A DNA stretch of 64,000 nt from Phoronis australis. Taxonomy: Eukaryota; Animalia; Phoronida. The stretch spans positions 807,348 through 871,347 of the forward strand of contig NMRA01000019.1 in assembly GCA_002633005.1 (NCBI GenBank), written 5' to 3'. Positions 30,201 through 39,051 of the stretch are shown here, in pieces. Under the pieces are notes generated by a model. It worked only from the letters and a program-made list of their open reading frames with translations, ran no database searches and was not told the origin of the DNA. A program made the translations under genes and the position numbers. Numbering within the stretch: the first letter of the stretch is position 1; each line of letters opens with the position of its first letter.

Positions 30201-33200
30201 TTGTCAAGACACCGTCGTACTCTGAAGTGCATGCCAAGGTGAAAGCTGCTGGTGCCAACGTGTGTCAAGCTCCAAAGTGCCAGGCCAAGGCCTTGGGCAG
30301 CATGATGGTGTATGGACAAGTGAAAAACAGTGACCACGCCGCATTGTCAGCTGCTGTGGCTGCAGCTTATCTGGCTGCAAACAAAGGTAGGTACACATTA
30401 ACAGTAAATTCTCTTTTAGTGAATCACAAAATGGGAGACGGGTGAACTTCAATTGATTTTCTCATTTTGTTCAGAAAAAGTAATCGCCTTTTTTCAAGTT
30501 CTGAACTGTACTGTCATATATCTCGAGAAATTGCAGACATTCCCAATGTTAGAGACTCTTTGAAAGTGGAAAGTGACAATCTGAATGTAAATGTTAATGT
30601 TTCATATGTTGTCTTCTTTCATTGTATTTCCAGTTGTTGTTAGTTTTGAAAATTGAATTTGTTGGTGAATCTGATAAATTTTTGAACGACAGCTTTGAGG
30701 TCAATTATCTTGTCATGCTCATTTTGCTCTTTTGGCTTCTTTCAAGCTCTTTTTGTGACTCAGTACAACTTTCTCCTTGATGTTTGTCAAAATTCTCATG
30801 CAATGTTACAGTTTATAATTTTGTTCTTCATGTTCCTAACTTGGATAGAATTAAGCGACAACTTCTCATTGTGTCTAAAGTTTCCAGAACCTTTACCAAT
30901 TTGTCTGCATTAAACAGAGTATAATTGCAGATTCTGTTAAAGATGGCTGCCTAGTCTTATTGTTGTGTGTTGCAGGTCTAAAGAAAGGTGACATAGAAGT
31001 GAAGATGTTGCATCATGACAATGGGTTCTTATCCTCTGATGGGTAAGTTCACTGACAATCAAGCAGCTGTCACAGAACGTGGGTAATAAGCATTTCATTG
31101 TCACTACTGTCATTTGCCGTGGTTCGCATTTTTCACAAGTTCAGTCCATTTTTAGGCAATAATCACTTTCAAGGGGCTAGGGGGGCCCCTTGTTTTGAGA
31201 ACCCGAGTTAGGTGCCCGTTATTCAGTGGAGAAAACTGATTCTCAAAATGCGGAGCCCCTGTAAGTGACTATAACACTGTTTTTAATATGATGCCAAATA
31301 TTGCGCAGATGAGCACTGGTTAGCAACACTGTCTGTTGAGTACTAATTATAGCTAATCCTGGTTGAGTCGAGCTGTGCAAATGAGCAATGTGAACCTTTT
31401 GTGATGAGTTGAATATTTACCGACGTAGAACATCTGGTGATTTGCAGATGAGCATCAAGTGTATGAACTGCATAATTGTTATCTATTTTAAGTTAACTTT
31501 CCATTATTAAGACAAACAAGATTTCAGTGCCCGAGGTGACTCTGATTTTCTTTATTTCTTGTTGTAAGTAGGACCTGTGTCTTCACTTAGTGTAATACAT
31601 TACATGTAGCATAAACACACAGTCTATGAAGCCGTGCTCGTAATTGGCTCTTTGCTTTGTCTAAAATTCTAGGAAGGACGTGGCAATGCTTAGCTATGCT
31701 GTCAAACGTAAAGACGGTGGTGAGGTAGGTGCCCTGGTCACCCCAGATAGTGGCTACCTGGCACCCGCTGTGCTGGCTGGGGGTCCGGCTCATGCCAACA
31801 AGCTGTATTCTGGTCCAGTGACGGCCAAACAAACAGACGAGGGAGGAATGGTGAGTTTAATGGCAGGTTACTTAATTTGTAACCTTTTCCATCAAAACCT
31901 GGTCTCTGTTTTGAAAATTGGCTTAAACTGGGCACAAATTTAAACTTCATCATTTTAAAATAAATTCTTAGCACAATGGTTTTGATTTTATTTTTAGTTT
32001 TTTTATTTCCCTGTGTTTCTATCTTGATCCAGGCTGGTTGTCTCCCTGGTGACTACATGACACACTCATCTCCCTGTTGAATACATATGACACTCATCTA
32101 TCTGTTGACTCTACATGACACACTGACCTCCCTGTTGACTCTGCATGACATCTATCCCCCCTCTGTATTTCCAGAGCCCCTTCTGGATCCCCATCCTCAT
32201 CCTACTGGCTCTCCTCTTGCTCTTCCTTCTACTGGCTCTAATCTTTGCTTACTACGCACGCAGGAGGTAAGGTCTTTACTCAAACTTGTTTCTCATCGTA
32301 TTTAGTGGTGTATTGTTTGTCTTTGGTGTGTTGTGTGATTTCTGAGTAGTCAATTGTGAATCACAAGTAGTGATTACATAAATATTTGTAATTAGTTCAT
32401 AATTATCTTTAGCTGGAGAAGAGTACATTATGAATCCATATTCTCTCAGTGATCCCACTGTGATAAGTATTGAATCGCTCAAAGACAATGACATTCTCAA
32501 ACAACACCATGCACAATTTTATTTCGGAAATATCGCTTAATATGAACAATGTTTGAAATGATCTATGAAAATTTGTTTTAGGATTTAAGCTACTCGCAAA
32601 ACTTAGCCTACAATGTGTAGTTTGAAACTGGTATGTTATGTATTCCTGGTTTTGCATCCTTGTTTACAACTAAATGAATCGACTGACATCTGACCTCTGG
32701 CAGGTTTTGCATCCTTTCTGTATTATAAAAGTAAGAGATTTAAGGAGTCTTCTGGGTTAAGAGTGATCTGTAATGTTTGTGGTGTTCTAAGGTTCTAGCC
32801 CGTGAAAGTGTATGTTTTTCAATTCATTGGTGTGCACAGAAACATTACTTGCATGAAAATGATGTTTGTAAATTATTTTGTAGTCACGTGTCAATGAGTG
32901 CTGTTTTTGTTTGACAATGGAGAATGGCGTAACTTCACTAAATGTGAAAATTTTGAAACACTTGCAGATTTGGTGTAATCATAGTATTTTGGGATATTCT
33001 TTTCAGCAGGACTTTTAGCCAGAGTTGTCACCTGCTAAAAATGAAGACTTTTCCATTTTTTTGTCTAATATCATAGTCTTCATTTTTGACAGCTGAGTCC
33101 TGGAGATGAAATGGCTTAAAAAGGAGAAGCTTAAACAATCTTTTGTAGCCACTAAAATGGTCAGACTTTGCAATTTCTAGGCTGAAGTTTTTGTGCCTGG

Positions 33201-36200
33201 CACTTAAAGCAATCTCTGTTAAAAATGGGCGAAAGCATCAGGGCATTATTTTTTGCATACAACCTGTTTCTATACTCAGCAAGGATTTTAGAAATTGTTT
33301 CATGGGTTAAATATTTTACTTTTAGAGTATTTTTGAAGCTGTGTGACTTTTGACTTTTGTTTTTGAAGGTAGTCAGTTACCTTAAGTTGATTTAATTTAA
33401 CTGAGTTACATTGAGTGATTTTTTAATTCTTTAGATTTGAATAATATTCACGTCAACTTGTTTTTCATGACTGACTCAGAATGTGACAAAAGGAGGTGAT
33501 GGTGTGATACTCATTATGTTCTCTACTGCAGGGCCAAGCGTCATGGTTCTCTGAGGTCTGGATGGGGCTTCTTAGGTGGCAAGAACACATCAGACCAGTA
33601 CGGCTTGAACAGTGAGGAGGGTGGTCTGAACAAAGTGCAGTTGTACGAGGTGAGTTAGAAACCAGATATGCCAGATGGTCTGAACAATGTTATTTGAAGT
33701 GAAAAAGTAAACACAGACAAGACATCGCACTATCCATCTGACTAGTTTTCAGTGTTGAGTTTAAGCACGGGCACGAAGGAAATTGTATCATCTAATTTGC
33801 ATGCAGTGTTAAATGGCAATGCCAAGGAAAATGAGACCGTATTTAGTAAAGGATCGTGAACGATTTGTTTTCAAATTTCAGTTGTCCAATGAAGCTGACA
33901 CGGCACCTTTAAGAGGAAGTGCTGATCAGGCTGATGGTAAGACCTCTGTGTAGCTTTATTACCGTTATCACTTGTCTAGTAGATTTTGTTGTTCTGTCTA
34001 TAACCAGCATGTTATTTTGCATTTGTAAGTTTCATGAGCAGTGCAGGTATTGCACTGATTCTGTTTGTTAATTTCATAGGATTATGTTATTCCACTTTAA
34101 GAGACCCATTTTTATGTTGGTTATTATGCATTCCAACTTCCTGCAAGTATGATTGAAGCCCAGGGTGTAATGTGGAACATGACATGTACTGAAGGCTTTC
34201 ATGTTGTATTGCTTTATTACAAAGCTGCTTATGACGCCATCACATATGACGGAACATTGAAGATGCCAAAGAAAACCAATACGCTCAAGTCGTCCAGTTC
34301 ATTTGCTGACCGTTCCATGAGTAGTAGGTGGTATCCTGGCTACTCACAGTCAATGGGTCCAAAGGTGTGTGGTCATGGCATTAAATAAATGTTAGTTTAA
34401 ATTATTGACAGAAGTGGTGCTGAAGTGCATCCCCAAAACAGAACAACATTTAGGTGTGGTTGAAGCTTTCCATTAGGACCATTTTATACTGGATTCATTT
34501 GAATTTATCACCTTGTTAATAAACAAATGAATGTACTTTGCTCAACTCCACATAATTTTTTATATGGGTGTCTGTTATTAGCTGTGATTTCTGTGCCAAG
34601 TAAATAGTTTCACGAAGTTTAAGGATGAGTGAAAATACTTACTTTGCACAACAACTAGGCTAATACCATTAACTTAATAGTAATATATAAAACAGTAGTT
34701 TAACACATTATTTATAACAAAGTTAAGTTTTAACCCACATTTTTTGCTAACTCTTATGCTCTAACGGTGTTGTGTAACCATACAGTAGGTTATTCCATGG
34801 ACACGTAACACAGATGGCATGGGCGTATCAAATATAACTGTGTAAAAATTGTGAAGTGCTCATTGATATGTCATCTTTAATGCCTGATGTTGGAACACAA
34901 AAAGAAAAAAAAACATGGAGCAGAGAACAAGTATCAGAATATGGCAAACTGCTTGCTGACTATTGATGAATCCCCAACAACACGTGGGGTCCGCTACGTG
35001 AAAAGTCATCTGACGCTTTAGTCAGAAATTGGTCTTGTGCTCCACACAAAAATCTCACTTGAGCAAAAGTACAAAGTCTTAGAATATACACTTAATGGTA
35101 TTTACATAGAATACTTAGATAATTTTGAATGTGCTGTGCTCGTAACTACTTGGCGAAGCCCTTTTCAGCATTGTGTTGAAGTGGGAACTTAAGACCAAAT
35201 TCTGTCTTAAGTATTGAGTCACTTTCATTTACCCCCAGCATTAATTTTTTGCGTTTTGATTCCCTCAGGTGACGAAGAACGTTGTTGTGCTTGACTACGC
35301 TGGTGCCAACCCACCGGCTTCGGACAAACTCACCGACGGCAAGATCTTGTACAGTGGCCCCATGAGCTACCATGGCGGTGACAACGAGATGATGATCCGC
35401 CACCAACTTGCCAAGCAGCTCCAACAGGGCGGCGCTAGCAACGCTGGTTACTGCCTGCCCAATGCCACTGCCGGAGATTTTGACTTTGTCCAGGTTAAGA
35501 AGAAAAAGATTAAGCCATGGGACCAAAGCGCTGACTTTGATTCCCAAGGCATGGAGTCCATGTATGGAGGCAGTGATGGCACAATTTACATTCGGTTGAC
35601 AAGAGATCTCGAAAAGACTGCTGTAAGTTATCTTATCAAGTCTCCCAATGTTGAACACTTTCCTACTTTTTCTTTCTTTTTTTCAAATTCATTCTTTTTC
35701 CTACTTTTTGTGAAAAACTGTTGGGAGACCTGTAGTATATATCTGAGAGTCAGAATAAATAAATTCAATCATGTTTCTATCTGTTTGAATAGTGAGACTA
35801 CTAGCTGTGAGTATTAGCTGAAATGAAATAAGTGTTTTTTTAAATTCGTTTATGTAGGTGTGAACAATAGTCATTAAATCCATGTGTGGTCAGTTGTTCA
35901 ACCTAATGAAAATTGCTATAATTGCATTAAGTCTGTTTTCAAACATTAACTTTTGTTTGTAACTGACAAGCAACAGTGTTATTAAGAAGACAGTGAATGA
36001 TATTTGGATATTGCAGTCAGATATCGATGAAAGCGTGTCTGTAGTTTAGTGGCAATGCTTGTCTGGTTATTTTCAGGAGTGTCCTGGGGATGGGTTCAAG
36101 TGCCCAGTGCATTACATAGCTGGAGAGACAGATTCCATCAACAGCTTTGTAAGTGGACAGATCTTGATGCCTTCCCTGATCACTTTAGCATCTATGTGAA

Positions 36201-38731
36201 ATTCTTGCTAAACGTCTAAATTTGTTTAAAAATTGTTTTTAATTGCAGTCATCAATATTGTGGTGTGAAAGTTAACTTTATACAAGTCAGAATACTCGAC
36301 TTTGTCCAGGTTTTTTTTTGAAATCATGGCAGTCCTTCCCTTACATAGCACACAATATCAAAAGAGTGCAATTCTGTTTTTAATCCAATCGATGTCAAAT
36401 TTCTCCACAAAAGAAGATTAAGAGCATTTTCTTGCTAGCATGGCTAGCAGTGTGTAGATGCTGAAAGCCAACATTTGGTATGGAAGTTTCCTTTATTTGA
36501 AGCAAGACAATCGCCCTTAGTTTAAAAATGGAGATGTGACTGTTTTGGCAGTGAACATTTTCTGATGATTTTCCAATAATGAAGGCCATCTCAATGCAAA
36601 CTGTAGAATGTGTTCTCATTAACAACGCAGTAATAAAATGAAGAAACTGTGCTTAACTTTAGGTTACTTAATGTCTGGTTACAGGACCATCCGTCTGTGC
36701 ATGTTGCCACTCTGACAGGAAGTGCCAGTGGCACCGGCACCAGACGTAGCTCCAACCTGACAGTGGGTGCCGCAGGTGGTGGCGGTGGTGTTGGACTTGG
36801 TGGCAATGGTGTTGGTGGTGGCGCTAGTGGCGGAGGGGCCAATGGCCAGATCATTGTGCCAGCCCAGGGTGAATATGTGGAGACGATACAGACCATCACG
36901 CGCACTGTTAAGAGGCCTGTTGGTGGCGGAGATGGTGGTGGTAACGCCTACTCAACGGAGGAAGTGACCACCACTACCACAACTTCAGGAGACATGTCGC
37001 TGGGCAGGGGGACGGGAGTGGGAGCTGTCAACGAGGGATTTATCATGGATGAAGTGAGTGCTGTTATAAAGCAGCTATTATGAAACTGACAGAGATTGAT
37101 ATTAAATTGTTGTTTGGCTGCATTGTATTTTGATGCTTTTACAATAAACTTTGAATCTTGATTGATATTAGATATTTGTATATTAGCAGCTTCGGTAATC
37201 ACGCAGTAACATAAATTGAAAATGTTGAGTTTTGTCAACACATTAAACTTGGTTTTGCCAAATAATCTTAAGGTACCTGATAATATATGACCACGTGGTA
37301 ACATTTTGCAGCATGCAAGTTTCAACAATGCTCAAATGGCCCCTTTTGGTGGGGATGCTATGACACAGTCATCCACGGAGATGCATTCATTCGGTGAAGA
37401 TTCATCAGGTACATGGAATGTTGTGGGACACCCCTGTTTCTTTGCAGGAGTTGCCAGTCTGTAGAAATTCCTGTTGCTTTATTGTCTATGCGTCAGTGCT
37501 CCCAGTTCTTCGAGGTCGTAATATCCTTTGAATCTAGGTCAGCTGTATATTTTGATCTAATACTTTGCAGTGTTCGCGGGTAAGGCAAGTCTTGATGCTG
37601 TGTATAAGCAAAACTAGACAGTTATTATGCAATCCATGAAAAAAGCTCTTTAATTCCGTTGTTGGTTTTCATATTATTTAGCATGTCTTTATTGTGTACA
37701 TCTCATATTAACAATTTCAAGGCCATCCACAGTCTAAACTGACTGCTGTGTTCGTTGTATTTGAGATTCCAAATGAATCCAAACAAGTTTTTTCTTGAGA
37801 TTGGCTCAGTAAGGGTTGAAGGCTCTTTATTTGTCCATTTTATGTTGCAGACATGCAGCCACGAAGCACTGTAGACAGGCGTCACTCAGCGTCAATGATG
37901 TACACGGGCGATGCTTTAGATGGTGCCTCAGTTAGCCGCAGCAATCCCATGGATCGTATGACAAAGACCGAGACGATTGTGGAGGAATTTTTCGAAGAGA
38001 ATGACACAATCGAGACTGAACCTATTGTCCTGGAACACGAGATCGTTACGACCTTGGAGCGTGTGCCTTACCAACACGAGCTACAGTTTGGTGGAGAGCG
38101 ACAGTCAACATTGACAAGGGGCGAGCAAAGTTACCAGTTCACCATGGGGGGAGATAATTCTGAGGCCGAGGCCATCATGCGGCGGATGTCGGTCCAGAAC
38201 AACGGGGTAGGTGAGTGGTTGTTACATGGTGGATCACTAATGTGTTGAAGTTGATGAAATCACCTCTCAGAAATGTACACCTGTTCTTCATGGAAAATTT
38301 TGAAGAAATTTGGAGGAAATTGTGTCCAAAATTCAGCTTAAACAATCATGCCAGTTAGTCATTTGGGTATGTGCAGCTATTAAGGAAAGATGTTCAGAAA
38401 AGGACACTTGCTGCTATTTGTACTCTAAAGGTGTGTGTCCGTGCCATCTGCAAAGAAGTAGAAGTTCCTCCAAGTACCACCAGGTAGAAACAGCAGTGCT
38501 AGTTTTTGTAAGGGTCATTGCCTAAGTTTTGTACATTTGTGCGCTGAGGTAGATCTTTCATAATTGTTCATTTTTGTGTTGGATACACTAACTGTTAACA
38601 GGTAAACCTTTTTGTTTGTAGAGAGTGTGATGTTCCAACCTGAAGGTTACGAGACTCAGGAGATGTCTATGCAGTTAGCAGAACCCGAGGAGTCCAGTTT
38701 GATTGGAACATTGACCAGGAGACAATATTAG
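283..38731 (+). CDS. Giant type-I membrane protein with >=19 tandem SEA-like (KIAA1549/UPF0606-like) ectodomain repeats, one TM helix and a long cytoplasmic tail; 5'-partial
   Basis: AG/GT-bounded, phase-compatible exons read by hand: 283-346, 842-972, 1492-1687, 2602-2873, 3407-3470, 4001-4257, 4852-4915, 5218-5483, 5732-5789, 6129-6409, 6858-6900, 8060-8328, 8828-8882, 9363-9643, 10954-11020, 14989-15321, 16414-16655, 17279-17339, 18264-18529, 19543-19612, 19978-20252, 20574-20640, 20771-21030, 21347-21407, 22153-22400, 23002-23068, 24166-24428, 25904-26082, 26570-26705 (or its duplicate 27011-27146), 28220-28322, 28671-28918, 29430-29796, 30139-30386, 30976-31042, 31673-31850, 32175-32266, 33532-33649, 33882-33936, 34225-34364, 35269-35622, 36077-36148, 36685-37053, 37312-37408, 37851-38210, 38622-38731 (stop TAG, ends ...LTRRQY). 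The lengths sum to one continuous frame. Recurrent pattern: K..yKl.Y.V...G..v ... L..Al..aW...P | v.V.i..qe.y....G. The SEA-like fold is inferred from the alternating strand/helix pattern. Confidence 0.85.
2960..3097 (-). mobile_element. tRNA-derived SINE head (fragment)
   Basis: The minus strand shows an A box (TGGCTCAGTGG, 3091-3081) and a B box (GGTTTCGAGTCCC, ~3058-3046) but no full cloverleaf. Intronic. Confidence 0.6.
6684..6730. repeat. 23-bp direct tandem duplication (gtgacagtccttagataccatga x2)
   Basis: Seen directly in the intron. Confidence 0.85.
11531..12509 (+). pseudogene. Two-exon cargo gene inside the transposon: ~117-aa protein with an N-terminal signal/anchor and one +1 frameshift
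   Basis: ATG 11531 gives MEFLSKYVVAL; skipping one base continues ALLLLISVVQVFDRWPQIPKRPKVTIFVDNCGQQGQLTDKKCVDAEAPCVFYDYAVPGIRRLHNITW. The donor tg|gtaagt at 11764 and acceptor gttacag|g at 12389 are in matching phase 2. Exon 2 reads REKTTETNRLTIYFTVGQ...KFIT*. An NRF1-like GCGCATGCG motif lies at ~11491. Confidence 0.6.
12769..13318 (-). pseudogene. Decayed YqaJ-like (lambda exonuclease family) nuclease coding remnant
   Basis: Minus-strand translation ...HTPAVLHGTMCKSVALEKCESQY*VTIRQCASGLSVYPDELYLTATQISLVGEDAL..., then LKLKKT*SHSGLVQS and AVFTFKGLIVDVIEVERGYM...LKLDLFY. These match the order of the YqaJ motifs (hG..E..A, GL.v....yL.AsPDg.v, Y..QvQ, F...T...i.v..I). Stops and frameshifts are present. 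Confidence 0.7.
14760..14852 (-). pseudogene. Decayed SAP-domain first exon of the transposon's nuclease gene
   Basis: Minus strand reads MVKWLATVP, then after a frameshift LRKKGVSMRGSKHDLIQR followed by ag|gtaag. This fits the SAP consensus TV..Lk..L+..G....G.K.dLi.R. Confidence 0.6.
15750..16395. repeat. Low-complexity (ACC/CCA)-rich tract with four degenerate ~100-120-bp units and an (accaccaccatcatggcc)n core
   Basis: A unit 'atggccacaacta..caccttcactgac.tc...acca.caataagactac' recurs at ~15853, 15962, 16045 and 16286. N at 16215. Confidence 0.8.
17484..17550 (-). mobile_element. Degenerate tRNA-derived SINE head
   Basis: The minus strand reads taactccaccggtagaac...gcaggtttgaatc, which is A-box/B-box-like. 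Confidence 0.4.
17625..17820. repeat. Near-perfect ~80-bp-arm inverted repeat (MITE/fold-back)
   Basis: aactttaaaattagcgcgtaagtaaacaaagacatattgatctgacatttcggtttattcactataaa... and its reverse complement ending at 17820, with a ~36-bp spacer. Confidence 0.9.
19007..19344. mobile_element. Degenerate hAT-like MITE
   Basis: Ends caggggcctcaatc ... gatcgagggccct, with repeated ttcccc/ggggg subterminal motifs. The TSD is not clear. Confidence 0.45.
21590..21720 (+). repeat. Dispersed repeat; second copy at ~49810-49940
   Basis: Both places share caaatcaagactaaatc.aa....aatctagtccat...tgtta.gtgtt.c....t.ttt.cc.gcat.acaact. Confidence 0.7.
24541..25315. mobile_element. Non-autonomous element with an internal long inverted repeat (possibly Crypton-like)
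   Basis: tggcgtacatgaagtaatatcccac (~24561) and gtgggatattacttcatgtacgcca (~24650) form an inverted pair. A second pair is ttatcccatac (24694) and gtatgggttaa (~25300). CpG-richer than the flanks. The family call is inference. Confidence 0.5.
25320..25585 (+). repeat. Dispersed ~270-bp repeat family; other copies at ~47760-47965 (+) and ~53975-54262 (-)
   Basis: Shared blocks: tgtaattaga, agtcgtcatgatgggaaaac.atatt, tttgtcttg and atgatggggaatt. Confidence 0.7.
26392..27199 (+). repeat. ~360-bp direct duplication including an identical exon (26570-26705 and 27011-27146), separated by an N and a Helentron-like 3' end
   Basis: The exon copies appear identical and the upstream intron differs by a few SNPs/indels. 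N at 26759; TE 3' end at 26761-26843. Confidence 0.9.
27580..27962 (+). mobile_element. Degenerate short copy of the Helentron/DINE-1-like family
   Basis: Starts tttatgtgcccac, contains caccacctagtggcaatttt, and ends ...aataaacaccccaaaagca...tgtggacacattt...gcgtagctcttg. Confidence 0.65.
32036..32152. repeat. ~29-bp minisatellite x4 just upstream of the TM exon acceptor
   Basis: tccctgttgact(ct)acatgacacactcatc repeated. Confidence 0.8.
32175..32266 (+). CDS. Transmembrane exon of the repeat protein (SPFWIPILILLALLLLFLLLALIFAYYARR)
   Basis: ttccag acceptor and gtaagg donor. About 24 hydrophobic residues are followed by the basic stop-transfer sequence RRRAKRH, continued in exon 33532. Confidence 0.9.
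35269..35622 (+). CDS. Cytoplasmic globular domain exon, probably a ubiquitin-like/beta-grasp fold
   Basis: Symmetric phase-0 exon: VTKNVVVLDY...GPMSY..GDNEMMIRHQLAKQL...DFDFVQV....IKP....DFDSQGMESMYGG..GTIYIRLTRDL. The strand-strand-helix-strand-strand-helix-strand pattern, with 'dFdF' and 'iYiR' motifs, resembles ubiquitin-like domains I recall from invertebrate G2E3/HECT-associated proteins. The exon is well supported; the fold call is inference. Confidence 0.6.
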
Positions 38732-39051
38732 TTGCACACTGTTCATTTACAATGTTTATAATTTACAATATGACTGTATTTTTCATTTATTTAGCATGTT
38801 ACGTTTGAATGATTAAAATTACTGCTGTTGAACTGAACTCTGTGTTCAACTTGGCATTTTTGTAAAAAATCAAATTGAGAGCCGAATGATTCAGTGACAA
38901 AAGAAAATGCTGCGTTGTGTTTGAGTAATTTTAATGAGGTCAAAAATTAGTCTACACTTTGAAGAATTTTTTTGAAGCAATAAGTTTTAACCAAATTGAA
39001 ACATCGGTATCAGCTTACTGTAATCCCAGAGTTCTTAAGATTTGGATAACA

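Noticed and set aside
846-30445. The ~100-aa plus-strand ORFs as a cluster of separate small paralogous genes
   Set aside because: Each is bounded by AG/GT sites in compatible phases, lacks its own start context, and chains into one frame ending in a TM helix and tail.
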